This document shows, in pieces, positions 1 through 8,933 of a DNA stretch of 29,408 nucleotides; position 1 is the first letter of the stretch; each line of letters opens with the position of its first letter. The stretch spans positions 1 to 29,408 of the IMG/VR virus record IMGVR_UViG_3300011339_000112; one strand, 5' to 3'. The DNA is from a virus (taxonomy: Duplodnaviria; Caudoviricetes). The notes under the pieces are model-generated. The model ran no database searches. It was not told the DNA's origin and saw only the letters and a list, made by a program, of their open reading frames with translations. The position numbers and the translations under genes were made by a program.

Positions 1-71
1 ACTCGTTTATGGCTAATACTGTTGCTTTCGTCGGATAGTAAGTTTACTAATATAGTTCTAAAGTTGCTCAT
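1..71 (-). CDS. Partial small membrane/holin-like protein (runs off the window edge)
   Basis: Not in the ORF track. ATG at 71 overlaps the lysin 3' end and reads MSNFRTILVNLLSDESNSISHKR..., resembling the S-x-KR(V) N-terminus of phage membrane proteins found in lysis cassettes. Only 23 codons are visible. Confidence 0.45.
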   Translation of the reverse strand, partial: MSNFRTILVNLLSDESNSISHKR

Positions 72-504
72 ATAGTTTTGCTTCGGCTTCTCTCCGCCTC
101 ACTAAACCTTTAAGCACCTCGCCGTTTGCCCGTACCCATTTTCTAAATTCCGCAGATATAGTTTTGTCTTTAGGGTTAGCGTTTACCTTTCTAAGCAAAG
201 TACTTTTCTTAAGGTTGCTTACACCTACATTAAAAGTAAACGATACAATCGCTGCAAAATTGTTTTCCGTAACATTTGACTTTACAAGCGCATCGACTTG
301 TTCAGCAAAATCATTAACAATCAAATCGAATAACTGCTCCGCACGTTCCTGAGTTATTACATCGCCTTCCTTAACTTTCGTGCCATCTTCATAAAAAGTG
401 TTCCCATAACCAATAGTCCATAAACCAGCAGGACATTTATAAGCCTTTAGCTTACACCCCTCGAACCTTTTAATTAGGTCTTTTCCTGCTTTGTTTACTT
501 CCAT
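58..504 (-). CDS. Endolysin, GH24 phage lysozyme
   Basis: FEGCKLKAYKCPAGLWTIGYG fits the E-x8-(D/C)-x5-T catalytic triad. Also has the FTFNVG and GLVRRREAE motifs. No signal or SAR segment. Confidence 0.95.
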   Translation of the reverse strand: MEVNKAGKDLIKRFEGCKLKAYKCPAGLWTIGYGNTFYEDGTKVKEGDVITQERAEQLFDLIVNDFAEQVDALVKSNVTENNFAAIVSFTFNVGVSNLKKSTLLRKVNANPKDKTISAEFRKWVRANGEVLKGLVRRREAEAKLYEQL

Positions 505-932
505 AATCTATTCCAATATGCTAAAATTAACACAATCGCTATTATTAGACCGATTAGAGCCTTCCAAAAGTTATTTGCGGTAGTTACCTTGTTTTTATCT
601 ACAATCGAAATTTGGGCTGTTTCTGTGCGATTAAACGCTATTGTGTCTTTTTTAGTCAGGTTGTTATTGGTTTCCTTTTCTTTTGTTTCGTACACCCATT
701 TAGTCACAACCTTAGGAACAACTATAACGCTATCCTTTGAAATACGAACTGTGTCATAAATCGTAATAGTTTTGGTAAATACTTGCTCCTTTTCTATAAT
801 CTTGGTAACGCTATCATAAAAAGTAAGATGCACAGAGTCTATCTTAGTAGTCCCTGTGCTATCAAATCTCTTTTCGAACTTCTTAACAGAAGCGCAAGAT
901 GTAAGTAATAAAGCTAAAAGTATTATTCTCAT
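495..932 (-). CDS. Unimolecular spanin-like lipoprotein
   Basis: N-terminal lipoprotein signal with lipobox LTSC (Cys13), a beta-rich T/V/K middle region and a C-terminal TM helix (FWKALIGLIIAIVLILAYW). Lies between the holin candidate and the endolysin. Confidence 0.75.
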   Translation of the reverse strand: MRIILLALLLTSCASVKKFEKRFDSTGTTKIDSVHLTFYDSVTKIIEKEQVFTKTITIYDTVRISKDSVIVVPKVVTKWVYETKEKETNNNLTKKDTIAFNRTETAQISIVDKNKVTTANNFWKALIGLIIAIVLILAYWNRLWK

Positions 933-1099
933 TTAATCTTTTTGGTCATTTTGTAGTAGTAACGGATTGCCATTACACCAGAAACAATAGCCACCAAACT
1001 CGCCAACAATGTGAATAGTGGTTGAATAGAAGTAAGGCTTAAAATAGCACTTACTACGCTTACGATTGTTGATTGGTCTGCTTGGTGGTTATTTGCCAT
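929..1099 (-). CDS. Putative holin (56 aa)
   Basis: Not in the ORF track. MANNHQADQSTIVSVVSAILSLTSIQPLFTLLASLVAIVSGVMAIRYYYKMTKKIK has a hydrophobic core and a basic C-terminal tail. TAATG overlap upstream and ATGA overlap with the spanin. Confidence 0.7.
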   Translation of the reverse strand: MANNHQADQSTIVSVVSAILSLTSIQPLFTLLASLVAIVSGVMAIRYYYKMTKKIK

Positions 1100-1485
1100 T
1101 ATAATTCTTCTTCTTCTTGTTTGTTAAATTCTATGCCCGTTGTCCAATCTTGTAGGAAGGTAAAGTCCTGAAGCCCGTCTGGATTAACAACATTAATTAT
1201 TTGAAAATCAAATTCTTTATCATTTAGCGCATCAATATCTTTTGTAAGCTTCTTAATGCCTTCTTTAGAGAATTTGTATTCCCCTTTGTCTGTCAGTAAT
1301 AAACAATCCTTTTCGTCAGTTTGTGCTGCATCTAAACGTAAAATCTCAACTTCTGATTGGTAATCTTCGTGGTGCTTTTTTACCTTCTCGAAAATCTTAA
1401 CAAGTTTCTTTTGCGTTTTTGTTTCGGAACTGCCAATAACTGCGTTGATGTTGTTTACTAATTGTAGTAGTTGTTTGTACTTCAT
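1099..1485 (-). CDS. Hypothetical protein (helical, acidic C-terminus)
   Basis: 128-aa ORF in the operon between the fibre genes and the lysis genes; function not recognised. Confidence 0.7.
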   Translation of the reverse strand: MKYKQLLQLVNNINAVIGSSETKTQKKLVKIFEKVKKHHEDYQSEVEILRLDAAQTDEKDCLLLTDKGEYKFSKEGIKKLTKDIDALNDKEFDFQIINVVNPDGLQDFTFLQDWTTGIEFNKQEEEEL

Positions 1486-1516
1486 TGTTTTAAATTTTTG
1501 TAAAGATATATAGATT

Positions 1517-1837
1517 TTATTTATCCCAAGGTAGTGGAAGTTGAATTATCGGTGGGTTTTTTTGGTACTCGATTTGAGCAGCTAAGTTAGTGTCCATAGC
1601 TTCTTTGTCCAATCCTGCTTCAAGCCACAAACATACTTGCTCGTAAGTTAAATCTTCGTAAGCAGTGAAGTCAGTGCCTGAAGGTGTAGCACAAGCCATT
1701 GTTCCGTATACTTCTGCAAAGTATTCTGCATCTTGCCCTTGATAGCGCCAATGCACTGTTTTAACTACATCGGTTAAACCATCTTCGCTTGGTGCGGTGT
1801 CTAATTGGGAAACTACCCATTTTGTTTCTAATGCCAT
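1517..1837 (-). CDS. Conserved phage protein adjacent to the fibre (possible fibre accessory/chaperone)
   Basis: VVKTVHWRY...FTAYEDLTYEQVCLWLE...LPW pattern, recognised as common next to fibre genes in aquatic phages. Confidence 0.65.
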   Translation of the reverse strand: MALETKWVVSQLDTAPSEDGLTDVVKTVHWRYQGQDAEYFAEVYGTMACATPSGTDFTAYEDLTYEQVCLWLEAGLDKEAMDTNLAAQIEYQKNPPIIQLPLPWDK

Positions 1838-1855
1838 TTTTATTTGTTTTTTTTA

Positions 1856-4800
1856 TTATACAATCATTAATACTCCTGCAACTGTTTTATAAACGTCTCC
1901 ACTTGATAAACCTGCGCTTGAACTTGGAACATTTGATAAGTTTATTATTCCGTTACTCTTTATTCTCATACGCTCGGTGCGACCACTTACCCCAGTTTGG
2001 AATATATGATTACCATTATATGCACTATAAACCACTCCTGTTATTGACTCTAAAACCGCATTTCCAGCCCAACCGCCTATACCAAATCCAGAAGAACCTA
2101 CCGCATACATAGATATGCTTTGTGAGTTTTCATCATTTTGGATTGTTATAGCCGCACCGTTTGCATTATTTGCCCTTATCCTTGCTATACCTACTGTGCT
2201 TGCGGAATAAATATCAAGTGGTCTGTCAGGACTTGTAGTACCTATCCCTACATTCCCACCGCTTGTTATTCTCATACGCTCGGTGTTGTTAGTACCAAAC
2301 CTTACATCATTATTATCTCTTTGCCATAAATAACCTGTTCCATCTGTACCTTGTATTAAATCAAGACCTGTAAATCCTGTTGCGTTTACTCTTACATATG
2401 CAGCAGTTGAATTTGTAATTTGTAATCCGCCTCCTGATACTCCACTTAAAGGACTTGTAGTACCTATACCTACGTTGCCATTTGTTAAAACTAAGTTGTT
2501 TGAATAAGTAGTCGCATTATTTACTACATCAAAAACGTGTTTAACTAAACCACTTGAAACATCTTGTCTTAATCTTAAACTAAAATCAGCGTTCCCATTG
2601 TTATAACTCCATCTTTGTACTTCTGCACTAACAGGCACTCCGCTTGTAACTTCTAATTTAGCATTAGGAGTTGTCATACCTATACCTACGTTACCTGAAG
2701 CATTTAATGCCATTACGTCTACACCATTAACCCCCATTGTAGAAGTGCTTGGACTACCTCCCGGTGCTTTGATATAAAAGTAAGTGCTTGAACTAACTGT
2801 TCTGCTTATTCTAAAGTCAGTGTTTGCTGATGTACCTGCTACTTCTAATACGGCAGAAGGACTTGTAGTACCAATCCCCAATCTACCACTCGCATCTAAC
2901 GTCATAGCTTGTGTAAAGCTGATAGCGTTACCTGCCGTACCTGAAGGAGCGGTATGCCAAGAATGTACTCCACTAATTTGTCTATAAGCAGAAGCAGATG
3001 CAGAATTTACATAAGCAATATCTCCACTTGTATTGTAAAACGCATTTTGTAATACATTTATTTGAGATGTACTATATCCCCATAATGAACCACCATTTAA
3101 CTGTATTGCCTTGCTTAATGTTGTGTCCCACGCACTCGGTGTTACTCCTAACCCTAAATTGCCACCTGAAGGTTGTATAACAATATCGTTAATTGCACTA
3201 AATGTTCTTGTATAACCTTGTATAATAGCTACATTTGAACTTAATGTTCCTATTGCTACTCCATTTGTTTGGTCGTTACCGCTAAAATGTCCTGAATAAG
3301 TATTGCCTGAATCCCTAACTTGTAAACTAATAATTGGAGCAGTAGTTCCGATGCCAATATAATTACCGCTTTGATAAATTACACTATTACCTATTGTACT
3401 TGTACCTGTAAACTTAGGTAGGTAGTTTGTTGTACCAGACCCTTGAACGTAACCCGTTAAACTTGGTATGTCGCTTGTCATAGCAAACGTACCATTCTTT
3501 CTTGGCACTAAATATTGGAAGTCGTCTCCGTCTTGTAAAGATGCTACACTAATTGCGTATCTTCTTCTTGTTCCGTTTGTTTGGTTATGCACCACATATA
3601 AGTCATAAATTCCACTTGGTACAACTTGCGTATAAGCACCCGTTACAAAATTAAAACCGCTAATCTGCTTCATTAAAAGTCCTGCTTGGTAAGATGCAGT
3701 GCCTTCAATATAAACGCTTCTACTTAGTAAATCATTAGTACCTAAGTTTACGTTTGAAGTTGCTCCCGTGTATGGTACATATCCCGTTAAGCTTGGTATG
3801 TCACTTGTTAAAGCAATAGTTCCCGTTGCATCTGGCAAAGTGTAATATCGAACTGTTGAATTAGTCCATTGAAGTACACCGCCATTATTTGAACCCTTAC
3901 CAAAATAAATATTGTTAGCTGAGTTAAAACCTAAAACATTAGAACCTGCGCTACCGCTAAATAAACTACTTGTATTAACAAAAGAAGTAAGTTGATTTGT
4001 TCCCCCTGCCGATGCTAAAGATAAGCCAACAGAAAATGTCTTACTTGCACTAATAGTTTGGAAAGTGTCAGTAGTTACATAAGTCGAGTTATCATAGCTA
4101 ATAGTTGTTCCCGATGCTTTTACAAAGCCAGTTCCGTTTAACTGAGGTTGCGGAGTGTAACCTAATACAGTTGCGATGCTTTTATTTTTCCAAAGGCTTG
4201 TCGCACTCTCCCAAAATAAGCCGTCATTGTTTGTAGGTGTTTGCGCAGCTACATCGTGTAACTCGTCTAACTCATATCCGTTCTGTATCTTAATCTCTAC
4301 AATTCCTTGTGTCGGGTGCGCTCTTACTACAATACCTACATAAACTAAGTGATTAGGTGCGTATTGTTTTGTACTTGTCCAAGTACCTGCGGTAGTTGAA
4401 CTTAAATATAATTGAGTGCCTTCAGTGTAAGCTTGTGTATCTAAATCGCTAAGCTTTCCTGCTACTACTACATAACCATTGTTCATATTAGTTATGTCCG
4501 CTTGTACTATTCCGAATGTTTGTGCGCTTGTACTATCGCCCGTTGCAAGTGCTTTAGTAACTGTTGGTAAGTTACCTTGACCGCCATTGATATACACGAT
4601 AGTTCCTTTTGTTAAAGTCGCACCCGTTCTATTATAAACTTCTGTAATTAATTTTTCAGCCTGACTAATAGTTGAAGGGAAAGTAGCAAGTGTACCATCT
4701 CCTTTTATGTATTGCGCTCCCGTACCTGCAAAAGCAAAAGCTAAAGTTCCGCTTGTTGTTACAGGACTTCCTGTGATGCCAATAGAGTTACCTGTAATAG

Positions 4801-5392
4801 ATGCAGCTACACTTGTAACTGTACCCACCGCACCGCTTGAACGCTGCCAGATAGAACCTGAATAAATCACATAATCGCCAACCGCAAAAGTAATAGGACC
4901 AGCTCCAAAGTTTACTGTTCCTGCTACGTTACAAATGTAAACGTCACCCGTGTCGCCCGTACCATTCGCAAGTGTAGGGGTGTTAGTTGCTGCGTTCCAA
5001 GTTCCTTTATATTCCATAATAGAACTCGGTAATTGACTGATAGGAACTTTCCCCGTGCTATCAAGTGAAGCATAACCATTACTTACACCCTTTTCGCTTC
5101 TTAATTGATAAGTGTCTAAAAGTGCTTGTGAAGGAAAAACTTCAACATAAGCACTACCGCTCCATAAGTATAGTTTCTGCGTGTCTTTAGCGCAATAAAT
5201 AACGTTAATATCGCCCGTCGCAGGGAAACCTGCAAGATTAGTATAGAACGAAACTGCACCGCTAAAAATAGCACCTAATTGCGCAAGGGTAATCTTCTTA
5301 CTTACTCCGCTAATCGGGTCGCCAATAATAGTTAAATCGGTGCTTACTGGTGCTAACTCTGTCGCTAATTGGTTAATTTTTTTGCCTATCAT
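1856..5392 (-). CDS. Modular tail/virion fibre protein (1178 aa)
   Basis: G/T/S-rich, with repeated GNVGIGTTSP and ERMRI modules and GYASLDSTGKVP and YKGTWNAATNTP segments. No recognisable C-terminal S74 chaperone. Confidence 0.85.
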   Translation of the reverse strand: MIGKKINQLATELAPVSTDLTIIGDPISGVSKKITLAQLGAIFSGAVSFYTNLAGFPATGDINVIYCAKDTQKLYLWSGSAYVEVFPSQALLDTYQLRSEKGVSNGYASLDSTGKVPISQLPSSIMEYKGTWNAATNTPTLANGTGDTGDVYICNVAGTVNFGAGPITFAVGDYVIYSGSIWQRSSGAVGTVTSVAASITGNSIGITGSPVTTSGTLAFAFAGTGAQYIKGDGTLATFPSTISQAEKLITEVYNRTGATLTKGTIVYINGGQGNLPTVTKALATGDSTSAQTFGIVQADITNMNNGYVVVAGKLSDLDTQAYTEGTQLYLSSTTAGTWTSTKQYAPNHLVYVGIVVRAHPTQGIVEIKIQNGYELDELHDVAAQTPTNNDGLFWESATSLWKNKSIATVLGYTPQPQLNGTGFVKASGTTISYDNSTYVTTDTFQTISASKTFSVGLSLASAGGTNQLTSFVNTSSLFSGSAGSNVLGFNSANNIYFGKGSNNGGVLQWTNSTVRYYTLPDATGTIALTSDIPSLTGYVPYTGATSNVNLGTNDLLSRSVYIEGTASYQAGLLMKQISGFNFVTGAYTQVVPSGIYDLYVVHNQTNGTRRRYAISVASLQDGDDFQYLVPRKNGTFAMTSDIPSLTGYVQGSGTTNYLPKFTGTSTIGNSVIYQSGNYIGIGTTAPIISLQVRDSGNTYSGHFSGNDQTNGVAIGTLSSNVAIIQGYTRTFSAINDIVIQPSGGNLGLGVTPSAWDTTLSKAIQLNGGSLWGYSTSQINVLQNAFYNTSGDIAYVNSASASAYRQISGVHSWHTAPSGTAGNAISFTQAMTLDASGRLGIGTTSPSAVLEVAGTSANTDFRISRTVSSSTYFYIKAPGGSPSTSTMGVNGVDVMALNASGNVGIGMTTPNAKLEVTSGVPVSAEVQRWSYNNGNADFSLRLRQDVSSGLVKHVFDVVNNATTYSNNLVLTNGNVGIGTTSPLSGVSGGGLQITNSTAAYVRVNATGFTGLDLIQGTDGTGYLWQRDNNDVRFGTNNTERMRITSGGNVGIGTTSPDRPLDIYSASTVGIARIRANNANGAAITIQNDENSQSISMYAVGSSGFGIGGWAGNAVLESITGVVYSAYNGNHIFQTGVSGRTERMRIKSNGIINLSNVPSSSAGLSSGDVYKTVAGVLMIV
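1960..3816. repeat. Short direct repeats at fibre module boundaries
   Basis: TTATTCTCATACGCTCGGTG at 1960-1979 and 2266-2285; AGGACTTGTAGTACC at 2228, 2450 and 2858; a 34-bp repeat with 4 mismatches at 3453-3486 and 3783-3816. Confidence 0.85.
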
Positions 5393-5838
5393 TCTGTATA
5401 ATTATAGATGCTCGGTACTTGGCATCGGTCATTTAAGTAAGGTAATTCCATTGTAATATCTATCTTAACTCCTGCAAGATAGTCGGGGTCGCTCTCGGTA
5501 AAGTAAGTCAATGGAGCAGTGTCGCCAATATCCCAAATCGCTTTAGGGTAACGAAGCTGCGCAACAATATCTTGACCTATTAAAGTCATATCACTAAGCA
5601 CTTCGGTTTCGTTGCTTTCTTCCATTAACATTCTGTCCATAAAATAAAGGCTAAAATTATAAGTAATATTTTTAGCGTTTATAGTTGCTCCCGTTAGCGT
5701 GTAGAACATAGCAGGGTAAGTTACCTCGCCGTTGCTTAGACGTTCCCACACATCGCCGAAGTAAACAAAGTTAATTTGTTCGTGGTCGTTTCCGAGTGTC
5801 GTTATTTGTTTTACTACTTGATTTAAGCTGAGGCTCAT
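5389..5838 (-). CDS. Putative tail terminator/head-tail joining protein
   Basis: 149 aa with YPAMFY, beta-strand-rich segments and an LAGVKIDITM C-terminus; lies after the adaptor gene. Confidence 0.6.
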   Translation of the reverse strand: MSLSLNQVVKQITTLGNDHEQINFVYFGDVWERLSNGEVTYPAMFYTLTGATINAKNITYNFSLYFMDRMLMEESNETEVLSDMTLIGQDIVAQLRYPKAIWDIGDTAPLTYFTESDPDYLAGVKIDITMELPYLNDRCQVPSIYNYTE

Positions 5839-5902
5839 TCTTAATTTTTTCTAAATAAACACGCAGTTTATTTTGGTTTTTAATCGTTGTTACTTTACTC
5901 AT
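5771..5902 (-). CDS. Possible small basic protein (43 aa)
   Basis: Not in the ORF track. MSKVTTIKNQNKLRVYLEKIKNEPQLKSS... starts 2 nt after the adaptor stop, fills the gap and overlaps the next gene. Confidence 0.35.
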   Translation of the reverse strand: MSKVTTIKNQNKLRVYLEKIKNEPQLKSSSKTNNDTRKRPRTN

Positions 5903-5904
5903 AA

Positions 5905-6486
5905 TTAGCAATCACTACAACCTTTGTTACCTTGATAAAGTTCCTCAAAGCTTTTACCTGCGCAGCAATCAAAATCGCCAAGCCAGATGCTCGTTGTATA
6001 AGCATCGTTTTCAGGGTGTATTGCATCGATACCGCTTCCAGGGTTAAGGTACTCAGGATAAGTCGTAGAATATTCTTTTAAGTATTTAATCATTCTTTGC
6101 TTGTAGAACTCCGCACGAGCCTTATATCTATTAGCCACGTCAATCATATCTTGCATAGACGGGTTCTCGGTATTCTCGCCGCCTTTTCTTAAAAGTCCTT
6201 TATTGTAGAACTGATAAGATAAACCCATAGGCAACTCGCTAAGTACATAGTGTACTAAAGTATCTGCAATATAGTTGTCTAATAAAGTAACTTCTGCATT
6301 TGTTAGATTGTTAGCGGTTATGCCTGCTTGTAGTCGATTATACAATGCACTCCCGAGCGCAGGTAAGATATACATATCTTGTGCGGTCTTGATTTCAGGA
6401 AGCACAAGCTTCTCGTCTACGTTAGCGTGTAAGCCAGAGCGGTCTTTAATATTCTGTACGCTTATGAATAATGTGTTTAAGCTCAT
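5905..6486 (-). CDS. Putative head-tail adaptor/connector protein
   Basis: Directly follows the portal; IKTAQDMYILPALGSALY...LLDNYI pattern recognised from Bacteroidota phage adaptors. Confidence 0.65.
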   Translation of the reverse strand: MSLNTLFISVQNIKDRSGLHANVDEKLVLPEIKTAQDMYILPALGSALYNRLQAGITANNLTNAEVTLLDNYIADTLVHYVLSELPMGLSYQFYNKGLLRKGGENTENPSMQDMIDVANRYKARAEFYKQRMIKYLKEYSTTYPEYLNPGSGIDAIHPENDAYTTSIWLGDFDCCAGKSFEELYQGNKGCSDC

Positions 6487-6489
6487 TTC

Positions 6490-8466
6490 TTATTTTTTTC
6501 TCGTTACTATCATTGACTTCCATTCGTGTCTGCAACTTGGCGAATGCGTGTTTGTTCCAGGAAGTGTGTACCAGCCACCTGCTCTTGTAAATACATCATA
6601 GCCGAGTCTTGCGCTCATACTTTGTATTTCACTCATTGAGTAAACTTTTTTAGCACCTATCAAATACTTGCAGAAAGGTCTACTTGTTCTAATATCAGCA
6701 TTGTTAAAACCTGCTTTCCATTTATAAGCATAGCGTATTAAGATTTCAGTAGTTTGAGGCTTCATAGCTTCTACAATCTCGCTCAAAGGTCTTGTTAAAG
6801 TCCTTTCAACTTGAATGCTTTGATCTATACCTTTGCCTACTTTAACTTCTGTTGCTTTTATAAAACCCTTTTCGATTAAGGTGTCTATTACACGCTTTAC
6901 ACTTGCTATATCTGTATTTAATGTAGTAGCTATAACTTCAGGAGTAATATACTTTTGTTTGCTAATCAAATCTAAAACGTTGCTTTGTAATTGTGTTACG
7001 TCAGCAAATGCTTCAAACTGATTGTCTATGAACTTAGTTTTTTCGCTCCATACGTTATAGTTATCTTCGTCATCTCCAAACTCATAAAATACTTGAAAGT
7101 CCTCTTCGCTAAATTCTAACTCTTCAGCACCGAGCCAAGTATCTACTTCGTCATCGCTTAAAGCGTACCCTGCCTTTAGCATAGCAGTAGCTTGTTCCCT
7201 TGTTATCTTGCCTCTGTTAAACTCACGAATGATGCGCTGCATATTTTGCCATTCTCTACCTTTAAGACCTTTAATATGCTCGTTTACATTCAAAGGACTT
7301 GCTGCCATTGGCTGCTCAGTTTCAGTTGGTAAGCCGTACTGCGTAGGGTCAATGCCAAGCTTTTCTAATATCCACTCTTTAGGTGCTACTTCTTTTATGA
7401 TGTTTTCGCTAAACTCAATACCGATTGGATCAGTAGGTTGTAACTTTAACTCTTCTGTTACACCTGCATATTGTCCAAGCATATTAAACACACCTTCAAG
7501 TTGCATCTGCTTGTAACGTACATAAGTGTTGTTAAAGATTTCGTAGCTATCACGCATCTGTTGGCGACTACCTAATTGACCAGGGGTAGCAATACCAAAC
7601 AAGTCAGGACTTGTAATTTGGTGTCCGCTAAATATGTTAGTTTGTATTAACTCGTCTACTCTACTAAAATCTTCTTTAGTTAAATCACTTGCGCCTAAGT
7701 CATCTACGATAGGCTTACGAGTTGCATCGTTTACAAAAGCAAGTAAATACTTCTTGCCGTCTGCACCCGTATACATATTGTCGAACTGTCTGCTAACTGC
7801 ACGTTTCTCGTCAGGACTTGGTTCTCCGTTAGGTAGTGTAATAAGTTTACTTGCACTAAAGCCTGTTTGAGCATTACCTAAAACGTGCTTAGAAACTTCA
7901 ACATCACTTTCAATGTAGTTAAGCGCACCGAAATAACCAGGTAAGCTATAAACATTCATTCCTGGTCTGTACTCTTTTACATAAAGTATCTGTACTCCCG
8001 TTGGGTTTTTAGGGTTGAACGCACTATAAACTTCAGCTTTTTCTTGACTGCGTGTAGCTTTCCAATCTTCTTTATACCAGAACTGCGTGTTGTCTTTGTT
8101 AGTTCTAATCTTAGTGTAATCACAATGCCACATTTCAGCAATCTGCTCTCCGATTACTGACCAAATCACTTGGATATAAGCACCGCCAAATAGTTCTAAA
8201 TCTAAAGCAACCTTTTTTGTAAGGTCGTTAAGAGTTTCCTCTCTATTAACTTGCTTAACAATAGGTTGTTCCCCAGCCCAGCCGTTGCCTACAATGTAGT
8301 TCACTTTGCCTCTTACGATAGCATTATGCTTGGCTGACTTGTTAAAAAGGTCTAATAGGTATTGAGGATAGTCATTATTTTGACCATACTGCATATATCC
8401 TTCGCCTTTCTTTTCTTTATATTCTGGCTGCTTTGCTTCCGCAAATGTCAATACTTGTATCTCCAT
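6490..8466 (-). CDS. Portal protein with C-terminal wHTH and MuF-like extension
   Basis: YGQNNDYPQYL, SAKHNAIVRGK, YSLPGY and IFSGHQITSPDLFGI portal motifs in the first ~380 aa, followed by an HTH-like segment and an SRPFC...HSPSCRHEW tail. Confidence 0.85.
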   Translation of the reverse strand: MEIQVLTFAEAKQPEYKEKKGEGYMQYGQNNDYPQYLLDLFNKSAKHNAIVRGKVNYIVGNGWAGEQPIVKQVNREETLNDLTKKVALDLELFGGAYIQVIWSVIGEQIAEMWHCDYTKIRTNKDNTQFWYKEDWKATRSQEKAEVYSAFNPKNPTGVQILYVKEYRPGMNVYSLPGYFGALNYIESDVEVSKHVLGNAQTGFSASKLITLPNGEPSPDEKRAVSRQFDNMYTGADGKKYLLAFVNDATRKPIVDDLGASDLTKEDFSRVDELIQTNIFSGHQITSPDLFGIATPGQLGSRQQMRDSYEIFNNTYVRYKQMQLEGVFNMLGQYAGVTEELKLQPTDPIGIEFSENIIKEVAPKEWILEKLGIDPTQYGLPTETEQPMAASPLNVNEHIKGLKGREWQNMQRIIREFNRGKITREQATAMLKAGYALSDDEVDTWLGAEELEFSEEDFQVFYEFGDDEDNYNVWSEKTKFIDNQFEAFADVTQLQSNVLDLISKQKYITPEVIATTLNTDIASVKRVIDTLIEKGFIKATEVKVGKGIDQSIQVERTLTRPLSEIVEAMKPQTTEILIRYAYKWKAGFNNADIRTSRPFCKYLIGAKKVYSMSEIQSMSARLGYDVFTRAGGWYTLPGTNTHSPSCRHEWKSMIVTRKK

Positions 8467-8840
8467 TATTGTCTAATTGTGAATGTGCTTGTTGTTTCGT
8501 ATTCTGTGAATGATATAGTAGTGCCTGAAAGCTCCATAACGCCCGTTTCGAGCAAGTTTAAGCCTGTCTGGTCTGTGTTTGTAGTACTTGCTTGTTCGTA
8601 GATTGTGTAGGTATATTGCCCGTTTAAAGACGTATTAAAGTAACTATTAACTACAATGCTAAATTCATTGTACCTGTCTTTATATGCGCTTATATCCGTA
8701 TTGTTTAGCTTAACAAACTTAACTTCTGTATTTGTTGATCTATTCTCGAACACAAATAAATAGTTAGGGCTTGTAAGCGTTTGCTTCTCAGTGAGTGTCA
8801 AAATTATATTTTGGGTTTGCCCTTTAGTTAATCTTATCAT
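8466..8840 (-). CDS. Putative structural protein (beta-rich)
   Basis: ORF between the tail tube and the portal. ATG at 8840 is preferred over the track's TTG at 8843. Confidence 0.65.
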   Translation of the reverse strand: MIRLTKGQTQNIILTLTEKQTLTSPNYLFVFENRSTNTEVKFVKLNNTDISAYKDRYNEFSIVVNSYFNTSLNGQYTYTIYEQASTTNTDQTGLNLLETGVMELSGTTISFTEYETTSTFTIRQ

Positions 8841-8842
8841 CA

Positions 8843-8856
8843 ACTATAAATATACT
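8843..8856 (-). promoter_or_regulatory. Candidate late-promoter box AGTATATTTATAGT
   Basis: Identical 14-mer at 23218-23231; the ATATTTA core also precedes three other morphogenesis genes. Confidence 0.45.
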
Positions 8857-8874
8857 AACAGACAAAACTTTGCA

Positions 8875-8909
8875 AAATAAAAAACCCCCACCTAATTAAA
8901 GGCAGGGGC
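8875..8909 (-). terminator. Intrinsic terminator after the tail tube gene
   Basis: mRNA GCCCCUGCCU-UUAAUU-AGGUGGGGGU followed by a U-run. Confidence 0.8.
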
Positions 8910-8933
8910 ATCTATATACAAAACCAAAACAAC

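Noticed and set aside
1495-1530. Promoter for the lysis genes (TATCTTTA)
   Set aside because: Weak match to both the host and late motifs in AT-rich DNA.
1856-5392. Diversity-generating retroelement or invertible shufflon acting on the fibre
   Set aside because: No reverse transcriptase or recombinase in the window, no TR/VR pair with adenine-specific mismatches was seen, and the repeats are direct rather than inverted.
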